Shown: positions 63,887-64,000 of the stretch, piece by piece | Layout: each line of letters starts with the position of its first letter | Numbering within the stretch: the stretch's first letter is position 1 | Assembly (NCBI GenBank): GCA_021782365.1 | Contig: JAJXVB010000008.1 | Span: 64,287 to 128,286, forward strand | DNA: 64,000 bases | Origin: Pseudomonadota bacterium | Lineage (GTDB): Bacteria; Pseudomonadota; Gammaproteobacteria; Burkholderiales; Gallionellaceae | Direction of reading: 5' to 3' | Made by a program: the position numbers and the translations under genes | The notes under the pieces: generated by a model | Databases searched by the model: none | Seen by the model: only the letters and a program-made list of their open reading frames with translations | What the model was told of the DNA's origin: nothing

Positions 63887-64000
63887 GCGAGCCTTTCCAT
63901 GACCGCTGAAGTCCGCTCGACAAGAAGCCGCATTTCTTCTTCATCGACGACATAGGGCGGCATGAAGTACACGGTGTTGCCCATGGGCCTCAGCAGCAGC
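63883..64000 (-). CDS. bioA: adenosylmethionine-8-amino-7-oxononanoate aminotransferase, C-terminal fragment (5' part beyond the window)
   Basis: My own minus-strand translation gives ...LLLRPMGNTVYFMPPYVVDEEEMRLLVERTSAVMERLA*. The GN.(I/V)Y.MPPY motif is typical of the BioA C-terminus. The stop TGA overlaps the dacB ATG (ATGA). Confidence 0.7.
   Translation of the reverse strand, partial: LLLRPMGNTVYFMPPYVVDEEEMRLLVERTSAVMERLA

Overview
This window looks like a compact, gene-dense core-chromosome segment of a moderately GC-rich proteobacterium. The gene order suggests a betaproteobacterium (murC-murB-ddl inside the dcw cluster, rpsU-yqeY-dnaG-rpoD-tRNA, pepA-holC-valS); that is my inference only, with no search behind it.

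Contents from left to right:
- Partial M48 protease, a rhodanese, an M18 aminopeptidase and slyX.
- valS-holC-pepA (minus strand), divergent from lptFG.
- ppc.
- hemCDX plus a truncated hemY.
- pgm, rpiA and phoU-ppx.
- A membrane PAS-PAS-GGDEF-EAL protein.
- RNase P RNA (rnpB).
- A four-gene minus-strand signalling operon: PhnD-like periplasmic binding protein, histidine kinase, a single-domain receiver (REC), then REC-PAS-GAF-PAS-GGDEF-EAL.
- A complete 16-gene dcw cluster (mraZ to ftsZ) with a recognisable promoter and MraZ operator.
- anmK plus an M23 peptidase, then tyrS.
- rpsU-yqeY-dnaG-rpoD followed by a CAU-anticodon tRNA (tRNA-Ile2-like) and the only clear intrinsic terminator in the window.
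- A small Cys-pair membrane protein and a DHA2 MFS transporter.
- A self-contained molybdoenzyme module (xdhC-iorA-iorB-mocA).
- dacB and the 3' end of bioA.

I saw no transposases, integrases, phage genes, CRISPR arrays or recognisable defence genes, so I cannot point to a convincing new biological system. The most noteworthy observations are:
- The signalling operon, in which a binding protein appears to work with a kinase that feeds c-di-GMP enzymes.
- rnpB wedged between two convergent GGDEF-EAL genes, overlapping the 3' end of one of them.
- The truncated hemY abutting pgm.
- The near-absence of intergenic space at convergent gene junctions.
- Several candidate operators.

All protein family calls come from motifs I recognised in the translations, not from database searches.
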